DNA of 22,313 nt from Gemmatimonadota bacterium (GTDB lineage: Bacteria; Gemmatimonadota; Gemmatimonadetes; Longimicrobiales; Gaopeijiaceae). Below the pieces are notes generated by a model, which was not told where the DNA came from, searched no databases, and saw nothing but the letters and a program-made list of their open reading frames with translations. A program made the translations under genes and the position numbers. Shown here one piece after another: positions 9,311 to 17,373 of this stretch (the stretch's first letter is position 1; the number at the start of each line of letters is the position of its first letter). The stretch spans positions 1 through 22,313 of the forward strand of contig JBDHHQ010000075.1 of assembly GCA_039589315.1 (NCBI GenBank), read 5' to 3'.

Positions 9311-9853
9311 ATGGAGAGTCTGCGCGGCCGTCTGCTGATCTCCAGCGGTGGCCTGTACGATCCGAACTTCCGCCACACAGTGGTCTTGGTCGGGGAGCAC
9401 AACGCCGACGGTGCGCTAGGCGTCGTCCTGAACCGCGTCCTGGACGTTACGGTCCAGAAGACCCTTCCGGCCCTGAGCGAGTTGGTGCCGCCCGGCGAGC
9501 CGCTCTTCCAAGGCGGTCCGGTCCAGCCAGCCAGCCCCGTGCTCCTCGCTGAGCTATCGCACCCTGAGTTGGCGGATCTCCTGGTGTTCGGGTCCGTGGG
9601 CTTTTTGGTGGGCGACGTCTCGCCGGACATGGAGACGAGTATTCTGAGGGCGCGGGTGTTTGCGGGCTACTCGGGCTGGGGGCCGGGCCAGCTCGAGGCG
9701 GAGATGGCCGTCCACAGTTGGATCATCGAGCCGGCGCGCGAGGATGACGTGTTCACCGATGCGCCCGACTTGCTCTGGAGTAGGGTGCTCCGGCGGAAAG
9801 GACCGGAGTACCGGCAACTGTCCCGGCTGCCGTACGACCCGTCAATGAACTGA
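9311..9853 (+). CDS. yqgE: YqgE/AlgH family protein (DUF179)
   Basis: SLRGRLLI, DPNFRHTVV, GALGVVLNR, GGPV, FAGYSGWGPGQLEAEM and C-terminal DPSMN. Start called at ATG 9311 after GAGGAG. Confidence 0.92.
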   Translation: MESLRGRLLISSGGLYDPNFRHTVVLVGEHNADGALGVVLNRVLDVTVQKTLPALSELVPPGEPLFQGGPVQPASPVLLAELSHPELADLLVFGSVGFLVGDVSPDMETSILRARVFAGYSGWGPGQLEAEMAVHSWIIEPAREDDVFTDAPDLLWSRVLRRKGPEYRQLSRLPYDPSMN

Positions 9854-9885
9854 CGGCCGTCGAATCCACGCAGCACACCGCTTCC

Positions 9886-9950
9886 GTCTCACGTCTTGCG
9901 ATTCTGTTGCGCGGCCTACCCGCTGACCCGCGTAGGAACGTCAACACCGT
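9886..9950 (-). repeat. attC half-site, long family (R'/L' arm, truncated)
   Basis: gtctcac-gtcttgcgattctgttgcgcggcctacccgctgacccgcgtaggaacgtcaacaccgt aligns with the first ~65 bp of the 22056 copy, then breaks at the ASST stop codon. Confidence 0.72.
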
Positions 9951-9951
9951 C

Positions 9952-11241
9952 CTATGAACCTCCCCCGCTTCTACGAATGTCCGGCGGGATACGCCACTCG
10001 AGGTTGTTCGGCGGTGTCACCGAGAGCTCCTCAGGTCTAGGCATCGTCCTGAGCTGGGGGGTGAAGTCGTACGGGACGACAGACGGACGGGTCGTGCCTC
10101 CGCGATTCACGTATTCCCATACGATCTCGCCGTCTGGACGCACTTGGAAGAGCCTCCCTGTGTTGTCCTCCGCTATGTACGTATTGCCATTGGGCAACCG
10201 CTTCTGCGTCCCCATGCTCTTGCTGAAGAACTTGAGGTTTGCGTAGCCCTCGGTCTCGTAGATCCAGACGATCTCCTTGGTGAGCGGATCCATCTCAATG
10301 ATGAACGACTGACCAGTGTGCGTTCTGTGCCTGGTGAAGAGTCCATTGTCGAACAGAATGATGTTACCCGCCCCGGGCAGTCCCTTCTCGATCATCTCTG
10401 CCTCATGGGCGTGTGCCATGCCGCCCTTGTAGTCGTGCGTTCCCTCCCAGACGATCTGGCTCGTCTCCTTGTCGATGATGTACACCATGTCGATGTTTCG
10501 GGCGTTCAGTAGGATGTTGCCAGGCCTGAACCTCTGGTCTCCGGCGTCGAACCACTTGTTCGCGGGAAGAGGCGCGACCGAGTTCACATGCAGCCAATCG
10601 CCTTCGGGAGTGGCGGGTGAGAACCGGTTCAGATCGAGGTGTTCGTGCGCATGCCATTGCCACACGACCTCTCCATCGAGGTCCACCTCGTATAGGTCCG
10701 CGCCGAGTTGTGTTTCGCCGCTCCCCCTCAATCGTGGGCCCCACCACGGCGCGATCTCGACGTCCCTTACCCGCTGCTGGAACTCTTCAGGTATCGGCTC
10801 GTGAGCGATGAGCAGCCGATTGTTGTTGGGCAATACCCGCAAGTCGTTGACAGACCCGATTCCCTCGTGCGTCCACACGACGTTCCCGTCCCAGTCGTAT
10901 TCGTAGATCGTCTTGTTGGGACCCACATATACAAGGTGGCCGTTGGGTAACAGCCGACTACGCTTGTTGAAGAACGGAGGTACGTCCCACGTGTGGACCA
11001 CGTTGCCGTTCATGTCGATGAGCCGGATGTCGCTGGGGCTATCGCCGGCGGCCGCGGCTCGCACTTGCGCGCTCGCATGATTCCCCATCGCACTGTGGTC
11101 TGATATCAGGATGTAGCTGCTGTATGCCTCAGCAGGATTGTAGATCGTTGTGCCGGTGGGGAAGACACTTTGAGCCGACGTCGCCTGGGTCGGAACGGCC
11201 GCGGCTAGCAAGGCAGCAAGGAGGGTCGGAATCGTCTTCAT
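9952..11241 (-). CDS. Secreted arylsulfotransferase (ASST) family protein
   Basis: DWLHVNSV, LLNARNID, HAHEAEMI, ILFDNG and QKRLPNGNTYIAE motifs. Start re-called to MKTIPTLLAALL (signal peptide). Confidence 0.88.
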   Translation of the reverse strand: MKTIPTLLAALLAAAVPTQATSAQSVFPTGTTIYNPAEAYSSYILISDHSAMGNHASAQVRAAAAGDSPSDIRLIDMNGNVVHTWDVPPFFNKRSRLLPNGHLVYVGPNKTIYEYDWDGNVVWTHEGIGSVNDLRVLPNNNRLLIAHEPIPEEFQQRVRDVEIAPWWGPRLRGSGETQLGADLYEVDLDGEVVWQWHAHEHLDLNRFSPATPEGDWLHVNSVAPLPANKWFDAGDQRFRPGNILLNARNIDMVYIIDKETSQIVWEGTHDYKGGMAHAHEAEMIEKGLPGAGNIILFDNGLFTRHRTHTGQSFIIEMDPLTKEIVWIYETEGYANLKFFSKSMGTQKRLPNGNTYIAEDNTGRLFQVRPDGEIVWEYVNRGGTTRPSVVPYDFTPQLRTMPRPEELSVTPPNNLEWRIPPDIRRSGGGS

Positions 11242-11387
11242 GGTTTTCAGGTGCTCCTGGACAGGGACTCCCTCGACAGCTTCTTGGAGTTCCGCTGCGC
11301 CCCGGACAGCGAAGACGCTCCCAAGCGTTGAGCGCATCGTGATCTCTGGCGTTCAGCTCGAGCTGCAGGCGGATTGTTCCACCCACT

Positions 11388-11412
11388 GTCTGACGGCTTT
11401 GAAACTCTGCTG
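11388..11412 (-). repeat. attC R'/L' arm, left flank of the IS insertion
   Basis: gtctgac-ggctttgaaactctgctg resembles (c)ctaac-ggacttgcgattctgctg. Confidence 0.65.
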
Positions 11413-11500
11413 ACCTTATGAAGCGGATGGCCTCCCAATGGCCGACGCGCGACGGTGTCTCCTCTCCAGACCTGCGGCTGTCCACCAACAGGAGGCCATC

Positions 11501-11967
11501 ATGCACGTCGCAGGAATAGACGCTCACGCAACGTACCTCGTCGTCGCGATCGTGAGCAACGACGGAACCCTCGTCCAAAGGCCGCTCCCGTGACTCTGCT
11601 CCGCACCGTGCCCGGCATTGGCTCCTTCCGTGGGCTCCTTCTCGCCACCGAGATCCTGCAGATCGCACGGTTCAGGACCCCCGCCAATCTGGTCAGTTAC
11701 GCCGGCCTTGCGCCTCGCGCGTCTCGTTCCGGCATGACGGCCCGGTACGGACCCATCCCCGCCGGGGCCAACCGTTGGCTCAGGAACGCGTTCGTCCAGA
11801 CCGTCGTCATCCATCGACGCCGAGCACCCGAGAGTTGGCTGTACCGCTACTACGATGAGATGAAGGCGCGCCTCGATTGGGGGGTCGCTCGCATCGCCAC
11901 GGCTCGCAAGCTGGCCCGGGCCGTTCACGCCATGCTTCGCACCGGCGAGGTCTGGCGTCATGCTTGA
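11501..11967 (+). pseudogene. IS110-family transposase with large internal deletion and frameshift
   Basis: GGAGG-ATG start MHVAGIDAHATYLVVAIV (RuvC-like DEDD N-terminus, stop 11591-93) is joined out of frame to the Transposase_20 C-terminus LLRTVPGIG...SYAGLAP..SRSG...ATARKLARAVHAML. Confidence 0.92.
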
Positions 11968-11980
11968 ATTCAGGATCCAC

Positions 11981-12099
11981 GGGGTGAGCTCCCGGTCGCG
12001 CATGTCGCTCCGACGACCTCTCTTCTGCTGACTGAGCCCCCCACCTCGCATAGGAGATCATGGGACGTCCCAATCGCTCTAGGGGCGAAACCCGAGGTG
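11981..12099 (+). ncRNA. Predicted bridge/seek RNA core (target-binding and donor-binding loops)
   Basis: Loop 1: outer stem GCTC/GAGC, inner hairpin GTCG/CGAC, loop strands GGTCGCGCA and TTCTGCTG matching attC. Loop 2: outer stem CACCTCG/CGAGGTG, inner hairpin TGGGA/TCCCA, strands partly matching the IS ends. Folded by eye. Confidence 0.7.
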
Positions 12100-12263
12100 C
12101 TCGAGTCGGGGATCCGGCTCGCCTGAGATCGGTCGCGTGATCCGATACGCTTCATTACGCCACAGGTGGCCTGGGGAATGACACGCACTATCAAGACCCG
12201 CTCTGGCCGGCTCACGCAGGCCCCGGGAGAGCTGCGTCCTCTTGACGGGGTCCGCTTTATAGG

Positions 12264-12297
12264 TGCGTGGCCCGTCAGGACACAAGCTAAGCGTATC
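12264..12297 (-). repeat. attC continuation, right flank of the IS (R'' arm missing)
   Basis: tgcgtggcccgtcaggacacaagctaagcgtatc is similar to 20620-20656 and to the 4743 half-site. Confidence 0.55.
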
Positions 12298-12359
12298 AAC
12301 CCTCGTCCAGCCCCTGTTCGGGGCTGACTACGGCCAACGCGATAGTCACGCCCACGGGC

Positions 12360-13865
12360 TCAATCGCACTCTCCCGGACCCGCCAAACTTCGGAGGGTCC
12401 CGAGGTCGTCATCCACGGCGTCCCGCGCTCGGCTCTCGGACCAGTTGAAGCTCCTCCAGTCCGCAGGTCGCTCAGGGCCCCACAGGCGTAGGAGCCCGCT
12501 CGCCACCAAGCACTGTGCCTCATCCGACAGCTCGCTGAGGCGGGCGACCAAGAGCGGGGCTGCGTCACTCCCGAGCGAGGCGAGGTACTCCACGTCCACC
12601 CCACCCAACTCCGCGATTCGGTCGAGATTGTGACGGGCGACCAAACCGGCAGGATTGATGAGCTGCAGCGCACCGACCAGGACGAACGCCGTGACGAGGC
12701 CGCCAAACGCGAAGCGGTCGCGACGGCCGCTCAACACAGTCGCCCCGAACCAGACCACGACTACCGTCAACCACACGAGTGCCGCGGTCACCACGACACG
12801 CAGCTCCGTGAGGCCGTAGGCGGTCTGGTAGACCAGCATGCGTTGGATCGCGGAGGCCACGATGATCAAGAGGAGAAGGAGGTGGACGCCCGCGAATCCG
12901 GCGAATACCGAACGTGCCTTCAGACTGCGGTCACCGAGCAGGACGTGGGTGGCGAGGAGCCAGGGGATGGCCAGCGCCACCGCGGCGACGAGCTGGAAGA
13001 AGCCGGCACGGGCGTAGGCAGCGTACGTGAGAGCCGGAGTGACCTCGACCCAGGAGCCTCCTCCGAACAGGTAGCGGAATTGGACGATCACGAAGCCCAG
13101 AAACAGGAGATCCACCAGGCCTAGGGCGGTGGCCACCTCGGCGATCCCAAGAGTCGGGCGGGCCGGCTGGAGGCGTCGAATCCCCTCCAACCTCGTGCCC
13201 GACGAAACGCCGACGAGATAGCCGCAGGCGAGCCAGGAGAGGACGGCTATGACCACCAGGTGTGAGGCGAAGGCCTGCAAGTCGATCCTTACGAAGTCTC
13301 CGACAATCGTGGCGAACACCTCGTCAGCCGAAATGAAGAGCGCTCCGAAAACCACCAGCGGGACGAGTGCGAGGAGCACCCCGCCCAAGGCAGTTCGCAC
13401 CACGGTGCGTGCAGTCCCTCGAGATGTGTCCGTTCCCAGCTCACCCCAGTGCTCGCGGTCGATCAGTCGAGCGCTTCCGAACGCCGAGTGAAGCCCGGCT
13501 CCGGCTACGGCCTCGACAACGTCCAGGGTCCCGGACCGCCTGATCCAGGCGCGCCCCGCGTCGAGAGCCGGCAGCGCAAACGCTGTGCACGCCGCCAGGA
13601 GAATTCCGAACCGAAGAAGGTCCGAGCCCCGCCACAGCAGGGCGGCACCACAAAGCAGCCCGACTCCGATCCATATCGACGCCTCCCGGCTGAGGGGCGA
13701 TTCACCGCTCCGAGCTACTAGCCAGACGGAGGCGGAGAGTCCCACGAACAACAGGAAGAAGTTGAGGCCGGGACCCGCGGACGCCCGAAGAAGCTGGTCT
13801 CCGGCGAAACCCATGCCGATGCTAGCCGCGAGGATGGCGGTCACAGGCAAAGCGCGGTCGTTCAT
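12360..13865 (-). CDS. DUF4153 (DUF4173) multi-pass membrane protein
   Basis: [49 protein letters not shown] and YLASLGSDA motifs; ATGA overlap with uppS. Confidence 0.88.
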   Translation of the reverse strand: MNDRALPVTAILAASIGMGFAGDQLLRASAGPGLNFFLLFVGLSASVWLVARSGESPLSREASIWIGVGLLCGAALLWRGSDLLRFGILLAACTAFALPALDAGRAWIRRSGTLDVVEAVAGAGLHSAFGSARLIDREHWGELGTDTSRGTARTVVRTALGGVLLALVPLVVFGALFISADEVFATIVGDFVRIDLQAFASHLVVIAVLSWLACGYLVGVSSGTRLEGIRRLQPARPTLGIAEVATALGLVDLLFLGFVIVQFRYLFGGGSWVEVTPALTYAAYARAGFFQLVAAVALAIPWLLATHVLLGDRSLKARSVFAGFAGVHLLLLLIIVASAIQRMLVYQTAYGLTELRVVVTAALVWLTVVVVWFGATVLSGRRDRFAFGGLVTAFVLVGALQLINPAGLVARHNLDRIAELGGVDVEYLASLGSDAAPLLVARLSELSDEAQCLVASGLLRLWGPERPADWRSFNWSESRARDAVDDDLGTLRSLAGPGECD

Positions 13866-14695
13866 GGTGTGGCCCTCCGTTCGCAGAGCGACGATTCCGT
13901 AGCTCGGCCTGGTCCTCGAGAGAGTCCTCCGTATCGCCGATCACGAGCGGCAAAAGCCTGAACGGCAGAAGCGAGATCGGCCTCGCGGAAGTCCGGCCAC
14001 AGGAGGTCGGTGAAGAACAGCTCGGCATAGGCCGCCTCCCAAAGCAAGAAGTCACTCAACCGCTGTTCTCCGCCGGTGCGGATGAGCAAGTCCACGTCGC
14101 GCGTACCCCGCGGTGCGTGGATGGCCTGAGACAAGTGTCGCTCGAAGGCCTGGCGGGTCGGGCGTACCCCTTCTGCGAGACGGCCGGCCGCCGCCAACAG
14201 CGCATCGCGGGCCGAATAGTCGATCGCGACCCGGAGGTGGAGAGAGGTCCCTTCGCTCGTTCTCTCTTCGACCTGCGCGATCCTGCGTCTGAGAGAGCCC
14301 GGAATCCGGTCCCGACGCCCTATGACGCTCAGGCGCACACCACTGTCCGTCAGGCGGGCGCACTCGGAGTCCAGGTGTTTCTGGAACAGGCGCATCAGGT
14401 GACTCACTTCGCCCCGCGGCCGGCGCCAATTGTCCGAGGAGAAAGCGTAGAGCGTAAGCGTGGTGATGCCCAACTCCGGTGCGGACCCCACCGTTCGTCG
14501 GACCGCCGTAGCTCCGGCGACGTGGCCCGCAGCCCGGGGTCGACCTCGTTCGTGAGCCCAGCGGCCGTTCCCATCCATGATGATCGCGACATGGAATCGG
14601 TCCCGGCCTGCGCCCATCCGCTCGGAGGTTCCCGGCAAGGCTGGTTTCGGTTGTTCAGGCTCTCCCCATCGCGAATCCAAAGTACTTCGTATCAT
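13862..14695 (-). CDS. uppS: cis-prenyltransferase / undecaprenyl diphosphate synthase paralogue
   Basis: [43 protein letters not shown] and AYAELFF..WPDF motifs; GGAGG RBS. Confidence 0.95.
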   Translation of the reverse strand: MIRSTLDSRWGEPEQPKPALPGTSERMGAGRDRFHVAIIMDGNGRWAHERGRPRAAGHVAGATAVRRTVGSAPELGITTLTLYAFSSDNWRRPRGEVSHLMRLFQKHLDSECARLTDSGVRLSVIGRRDRIPGSLRRRIAQVEERTSEGTSLHLRVAIDYSARDALLAAAGRLAEGVRPTRQAFERHLSQAIHAPRGTRDVDLLIRTGGEQRLSDFLLWEAAYAELFFTDLLWPDFREADLASAVQAFAARDRRYGGLSRGPGRATESSLCERRATP

Positions 14696-14700
14696 AAAGT
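14684..14700. promoter_or_regulatory. Palindromic operator 2 (ACTTYG-N5-YAAAGK) overlapping the uppS start codon
   Basis: aagtACTTCGtatcaTAAAGT is closely similar to aagtACTTTGtgctgCAAAGG at 15749-15769; both are AT-rich islands in GC-rich DNA. Confidence 0.65.
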
Positions 14701-14724
14701 GCCTCCCGAAAAAAAAACCGACGC

Positions 14725-15111
14725 CTATTCTCGTACGCGCTCGATCAAGGCTTCCATGTGGTCCAGATATCGCTGGAGCGCCTGTCGTCCGGTCTCTGTG
14801 AGGCGATAGTCCGTCCGCGGAATCCGACCCTCGAAGGACTTGCGTATCTCGACGTAGCCAGCCTCCTCCAGCCGCCTGGCATGAACGCTGAGGTTCCCGT
14901 CCGAAGTGTCGAGACGCTCCTTGAGCTCGTTGAAGGTGAGAGATTCCTCCACCGCGAGTGCGCTTACGATCCCAAGGCGGACGCGCACATGGATGATCGG
15001 GTCGAGTGCGACAGGATTGGTCTTCGCGGTTTGTACGTCGATGCTCACGGTCGATCCCTTGACCGGGGTCAGGTTCGGGGCCTTGCGGCGGGCCCGCGCA
15101 CCCTCAGCCAC
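14725..15111 (-). CDS. Winged-helix transcriptional regulator (HTH_34, MarR/ArsR-like)
   Basis: [17 protein letters not shown]...[28 protein letters not shown]...[12 protein letters not shown]. Start re-called to GTG 15111 after GGAGG, overlapping the upstream stop. Confidence 0.9.
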   Translation of the reverse strand: MAEGARARRKAPNLTPVKGSTVSIDVQTAKTNPVALDPIIHVRVRLGIVSALAVEESLTFNELKERLDTSDGNLSVHARRLEEAGYVEIRKSFEGRIPRTDYRLTETGRQALQRYLDHMEALIERVRE

Positions 15112-15715
15112 CGTGCCTCCTCGCAATAGTCGTCCCGAAGAGGATGTGCAGCCCCCCGAATCCCACGGCCATCAAGAGATCACCGGCGGCAGGCATCGCG
15201 AGAAGCGCAAACACTCCGAGGACCATGAAACAGATCCCCATCACGGGGACGATCTTGACCGAAAAGGTGCCGGCCGTTACGACGGCGGCGCCGTAGAGGA
15301 GAAGCCATACCCCCGGAAGAAGTGACTCAGCTCCGCCCTGCCAAAGCGCTACCGTCAGTACCGCTCCAGCGAGAGCAGGCGGCAGGAAACTCAGTAGGAA
15401 CTTGCGACCCGCTCCGGAAAAGACGGGAAGACCCGCTCGGCGCGCCTTCCGGTGGATTGCAACCGCCCCGATCGCCACGGCGAGCAACGCCTCGAGGGTC
15501 CAGACTAGAAGCCAGCCGTCAGCGGTCGGCTGGCCTGAAGCGAGCGCCGCGGCAGCCAGTGCGGTGAGTCCCATTCCGACGCCACCCCATCCCGGAACCG
15601 CCGTGAAGGCGGCGCCCCGCTCCATCGTCCGACGGATGAAGCGCAAATCCTCCATGGCTCGGTCGCCCAAGGCGATGGGCTCCGAGCTCTGATGGACTTG
15701 AGAGAGTCTCAGCAT
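15104..15715 (-). CDS. Conserved multi-pass membrane protein, first gene of the wHTH-uppS-DUF4153 operon
   Basis: AMEDLRFIRRTME, about six TM helices, PGVWLLLYG, GFGGLHILFG..IARRHGG. Start re-called to ATG 15715. Confidence 0.85.
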   Translation of the reverse strand: MLRLSQVHQSSEPIALGDRAMEDLRFIRRTMERGAAFTAVPGWGGVGMGLTALAAAALASGQPTADGWLLVWTLEALLAVAIGAVAIHRKARRAGLPVFSGAGRKFLLSFLPPALAGAVLTVALWQGGAESLLPGVWLLLYGAAVVTAGTFSVKIVPVMGICFMVLGVFALLAMPAAGDLLMAVGFGGLHILFGTTIARRHGG

Positions 15716-15769
15716 GATACAAATGTCGGCCGAAGCATTGGGGCCGTCAAGTACTTTGTGCTGCAAAGG
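15716..15769 (-). promoter_or_regulatory. Putative sigma70 promoter with adjacent palindromic operator 1
   Basis: -35 TTGACG (15750-15745), 17-bp spacer, weak -10 GACATT (15727-15722), ATG 6 nt later. Palindrome ACTTTG-N5-CAAAGG at 15753-15769. Confidence 0.6.
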
Positions 15770-15939
15770 ACAGCAAGCCCCTCGTTCCGCTCCGCCAAGA
15801 CGGAGCCCTCCGAGTCCGAGACCTTCCGACCAGACCCTGGTCCGAGGCGTGGGCCCGCCTGCTCTCATCAACCAACGGCTTCGCCGTCACCCTCACGCCC
15901 CTGCCAGCTCGCCGGCATGTTGGGCCGTGACCGGCACTA

Positions 15940-16200
15940 TTACCAGACTGAACACGACCCTCGACCGTCGTCGAAACGTCCTGTAGCGCGCCATCTGCTC
16001 GGGACGAGTAGACCGTTCACGCCAAGCCAGCCGCCATTTGCCGGAAGATCGCCGGGTTTACCGTGACCACGGCCTGCGGCAGTTGACGGGCCCGGAAGAA
16101 ACCGAGCCAGGACGGCGGCCACTTCGGCCGCGTCGATCTCGCCCAGACTCCAGGCCGCATCGATCCCGTCGGCGTCAAAGAACGATCGATAAACGGCCAT
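15940..16200 (-). pseudogene. Possible gene remnant, unknown function
   Basis: The first half (AVYRSFFDADGIDAAWSLGEIDAAEVAAVLARFL) looks protein-like and abuts an attC half-site; no family recognised. Confidence 0.3.
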
Positions 16201-16204
16201 CCAC

Positions 16205-16281
16205 TCGGGACTACCGCGCCACAGCGAGAGCTCGTCGCAAAGAGTCTCGCCAAAACGGACAGCAGCGATTCCTTATTAGAC
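16205..16281 (-). repeat. attC half-site (centre plus L''/R'' arm)
   Basis: gacagcagcgattccttattagac is nearly identical to gacagcagcgattccctgttagag (7988-8011). Internal hairpin gcgagagctc/gagtctcgc. The R' arm is absent. Confidence 0.7.
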
Positions 16282-16317
16282 AGTGCCCCCGTCAGACAAC
16301 ACAAGTCCTCAGTCGTC

Positions 16318-16575
16318 TCATGGCGATCCGCCGAGTCGCCCCATCGTGGCCAGATCTACTCGGATCTGCAGCGGAACGGCATCGTCCGAGAATAGTTCGC
16401 CACGGAAGGCGCCGATGTGGACGTGGGGGTTACGGGAGTCGCCGTTGTTCCCGATCCTCGCGACCGGTTGGCCGGCCTGCACGCCGTCCCCTTCGCTCAC
16501 CACGACCTCGCGCACGTGAACGTACGCCACCTGAACCGCATCGCGATCCTCCTCGAGGCCGCACCTGAAGAGCAT
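16318..16575 (-). pseudogene. M23 family metallopeptidase, C-terminal fragment
   Basis: AYVHVREVVVSEGDGVQAGQPVARIGNNGDSRNPHVH (HxH motif); the N-terminal HxxxD part is missing. Confidence 0.8.
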
Positions 16576-16750
16576 TGCGCTGAGCGCCCCGAGCCAAACT
16601 CACCCGGGATCGTAGACTCTGGGCTAAGGCTCAGGATGAGTACCACCCTCCCATGGGGCAAGCAGAGGCTCCCTGAGAGCTCAACGGGATCTGCCGTAGG
16701 GCGCCCTAACGGCCCAACGTGCACACGAAGTCGCAGATCGCTTTCGCCGA

Positions 16751-17140
16751 TCAGAGCGTAGTGTAGGTCAGCTTCTCGGCAATCTTGCCGTCACGTACCG
16801 TGAAGATGTCCACGCCGCGCGCGGAGCCTTGGCTCCCGTCCGGCTGCGGCCACTTCATCGTCCAACGGCAAGCGCTCCGGTCTCCCGCGGCGAAGATGTC
16901 GTCTACGTCGATTGTGTAGCCCGGGAAATGTGTATCCAGCGACTCCCAGACCGCTCGCACTGCCTCCTGTCCCTCGTGGCGGCCGAAGCTGACGGCCTCA
17001 GGAGCGACATGCTCAAAGACGCAGTCCTCGGTCATGTCGGCCATCATGCCATCGATATCGCGCGTGTTGAATCCACCCTCGAAGCGGGTGATCAAAGCGA
17101 GAGTCGCTTCCGTGATCGTGGTGGTTGCGGTGTCGGTCAT
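16751..17140 (-). CDS. SnoaL-like / NTF2-fold protein
   Basis: FNTRDIDGMMADMTEDCVF, GQEAVRAVW, AGDRSACRW and RGVDIFTVRDGKIAEK motifs; GGAG RBS. Confidence 0.92.
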   Translation of the reverse strand: MTDTATTTITEATLALITRFEGGFNTRDIDGMMADMTEDCVFEHVAPEAVSFGRHEGQEAVRAVWESLDTHFPGYTIDVDDIFAAGDRSACRWTMKWPQPDGSQGSARGVDIFTVRDGKIAEKLTYTTL

Positions 17141-17373
17141 GAGCTGTCACTCCGGCGTGAGGGTGGTCGAGGCGCCATGTTACCTCATGGGGATCGCTGA
17201 GACAACAGCCCTTTTGGCGGCAGGAAGCCGCCTAACGCCTGACAGTGCGAACGACCTGCCGTGGCCGACTTCACGATCTCCCCGTGCCGGAGACCTCCAA
17301 TGGTAGGTTCTCGCGACGTAGACCTGATCGGCAGCATCGGTGGTAGAAGGTCCAAGTGCACAGGAAGGTAGTA

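Larger units (their letters stand above)
11413..12263 (+). mobile_element. IS110-family (IS1111-type) insertion sequence, internally deleted, inserted in attC
   Basis: Sub-terminal IRs atgaagcgga (11418-11427) and tccgctttat (12251-12260) match 9/10. TG occurs at both boundaries (11411-12, 12264-65). Transposase relic and a ~290-bp 3' non-coding region are present. Removing the IS restores ctctgcTGcgtggcc. Confidence 0.85.

Noticed and set aside
11455..11967. 170-aa ORF as an intact transposase
   Set aside because: Its first ~43 residues are an off-frame reading. The true N-terminus (GIDAH) starts at 11501 in another frame and stops at 11593.
12308..12326. Hairpin cagcccc-tgttc-ggggctg as an intrinsic terminator for DUF4153
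   Set aside because: No U-tract on either strand; not enough support.
17230..17236. gcctaac as an attC site
   Set aside because: Isolated R'-like heptamer with no L box or partner arm; could be a relic or chance.
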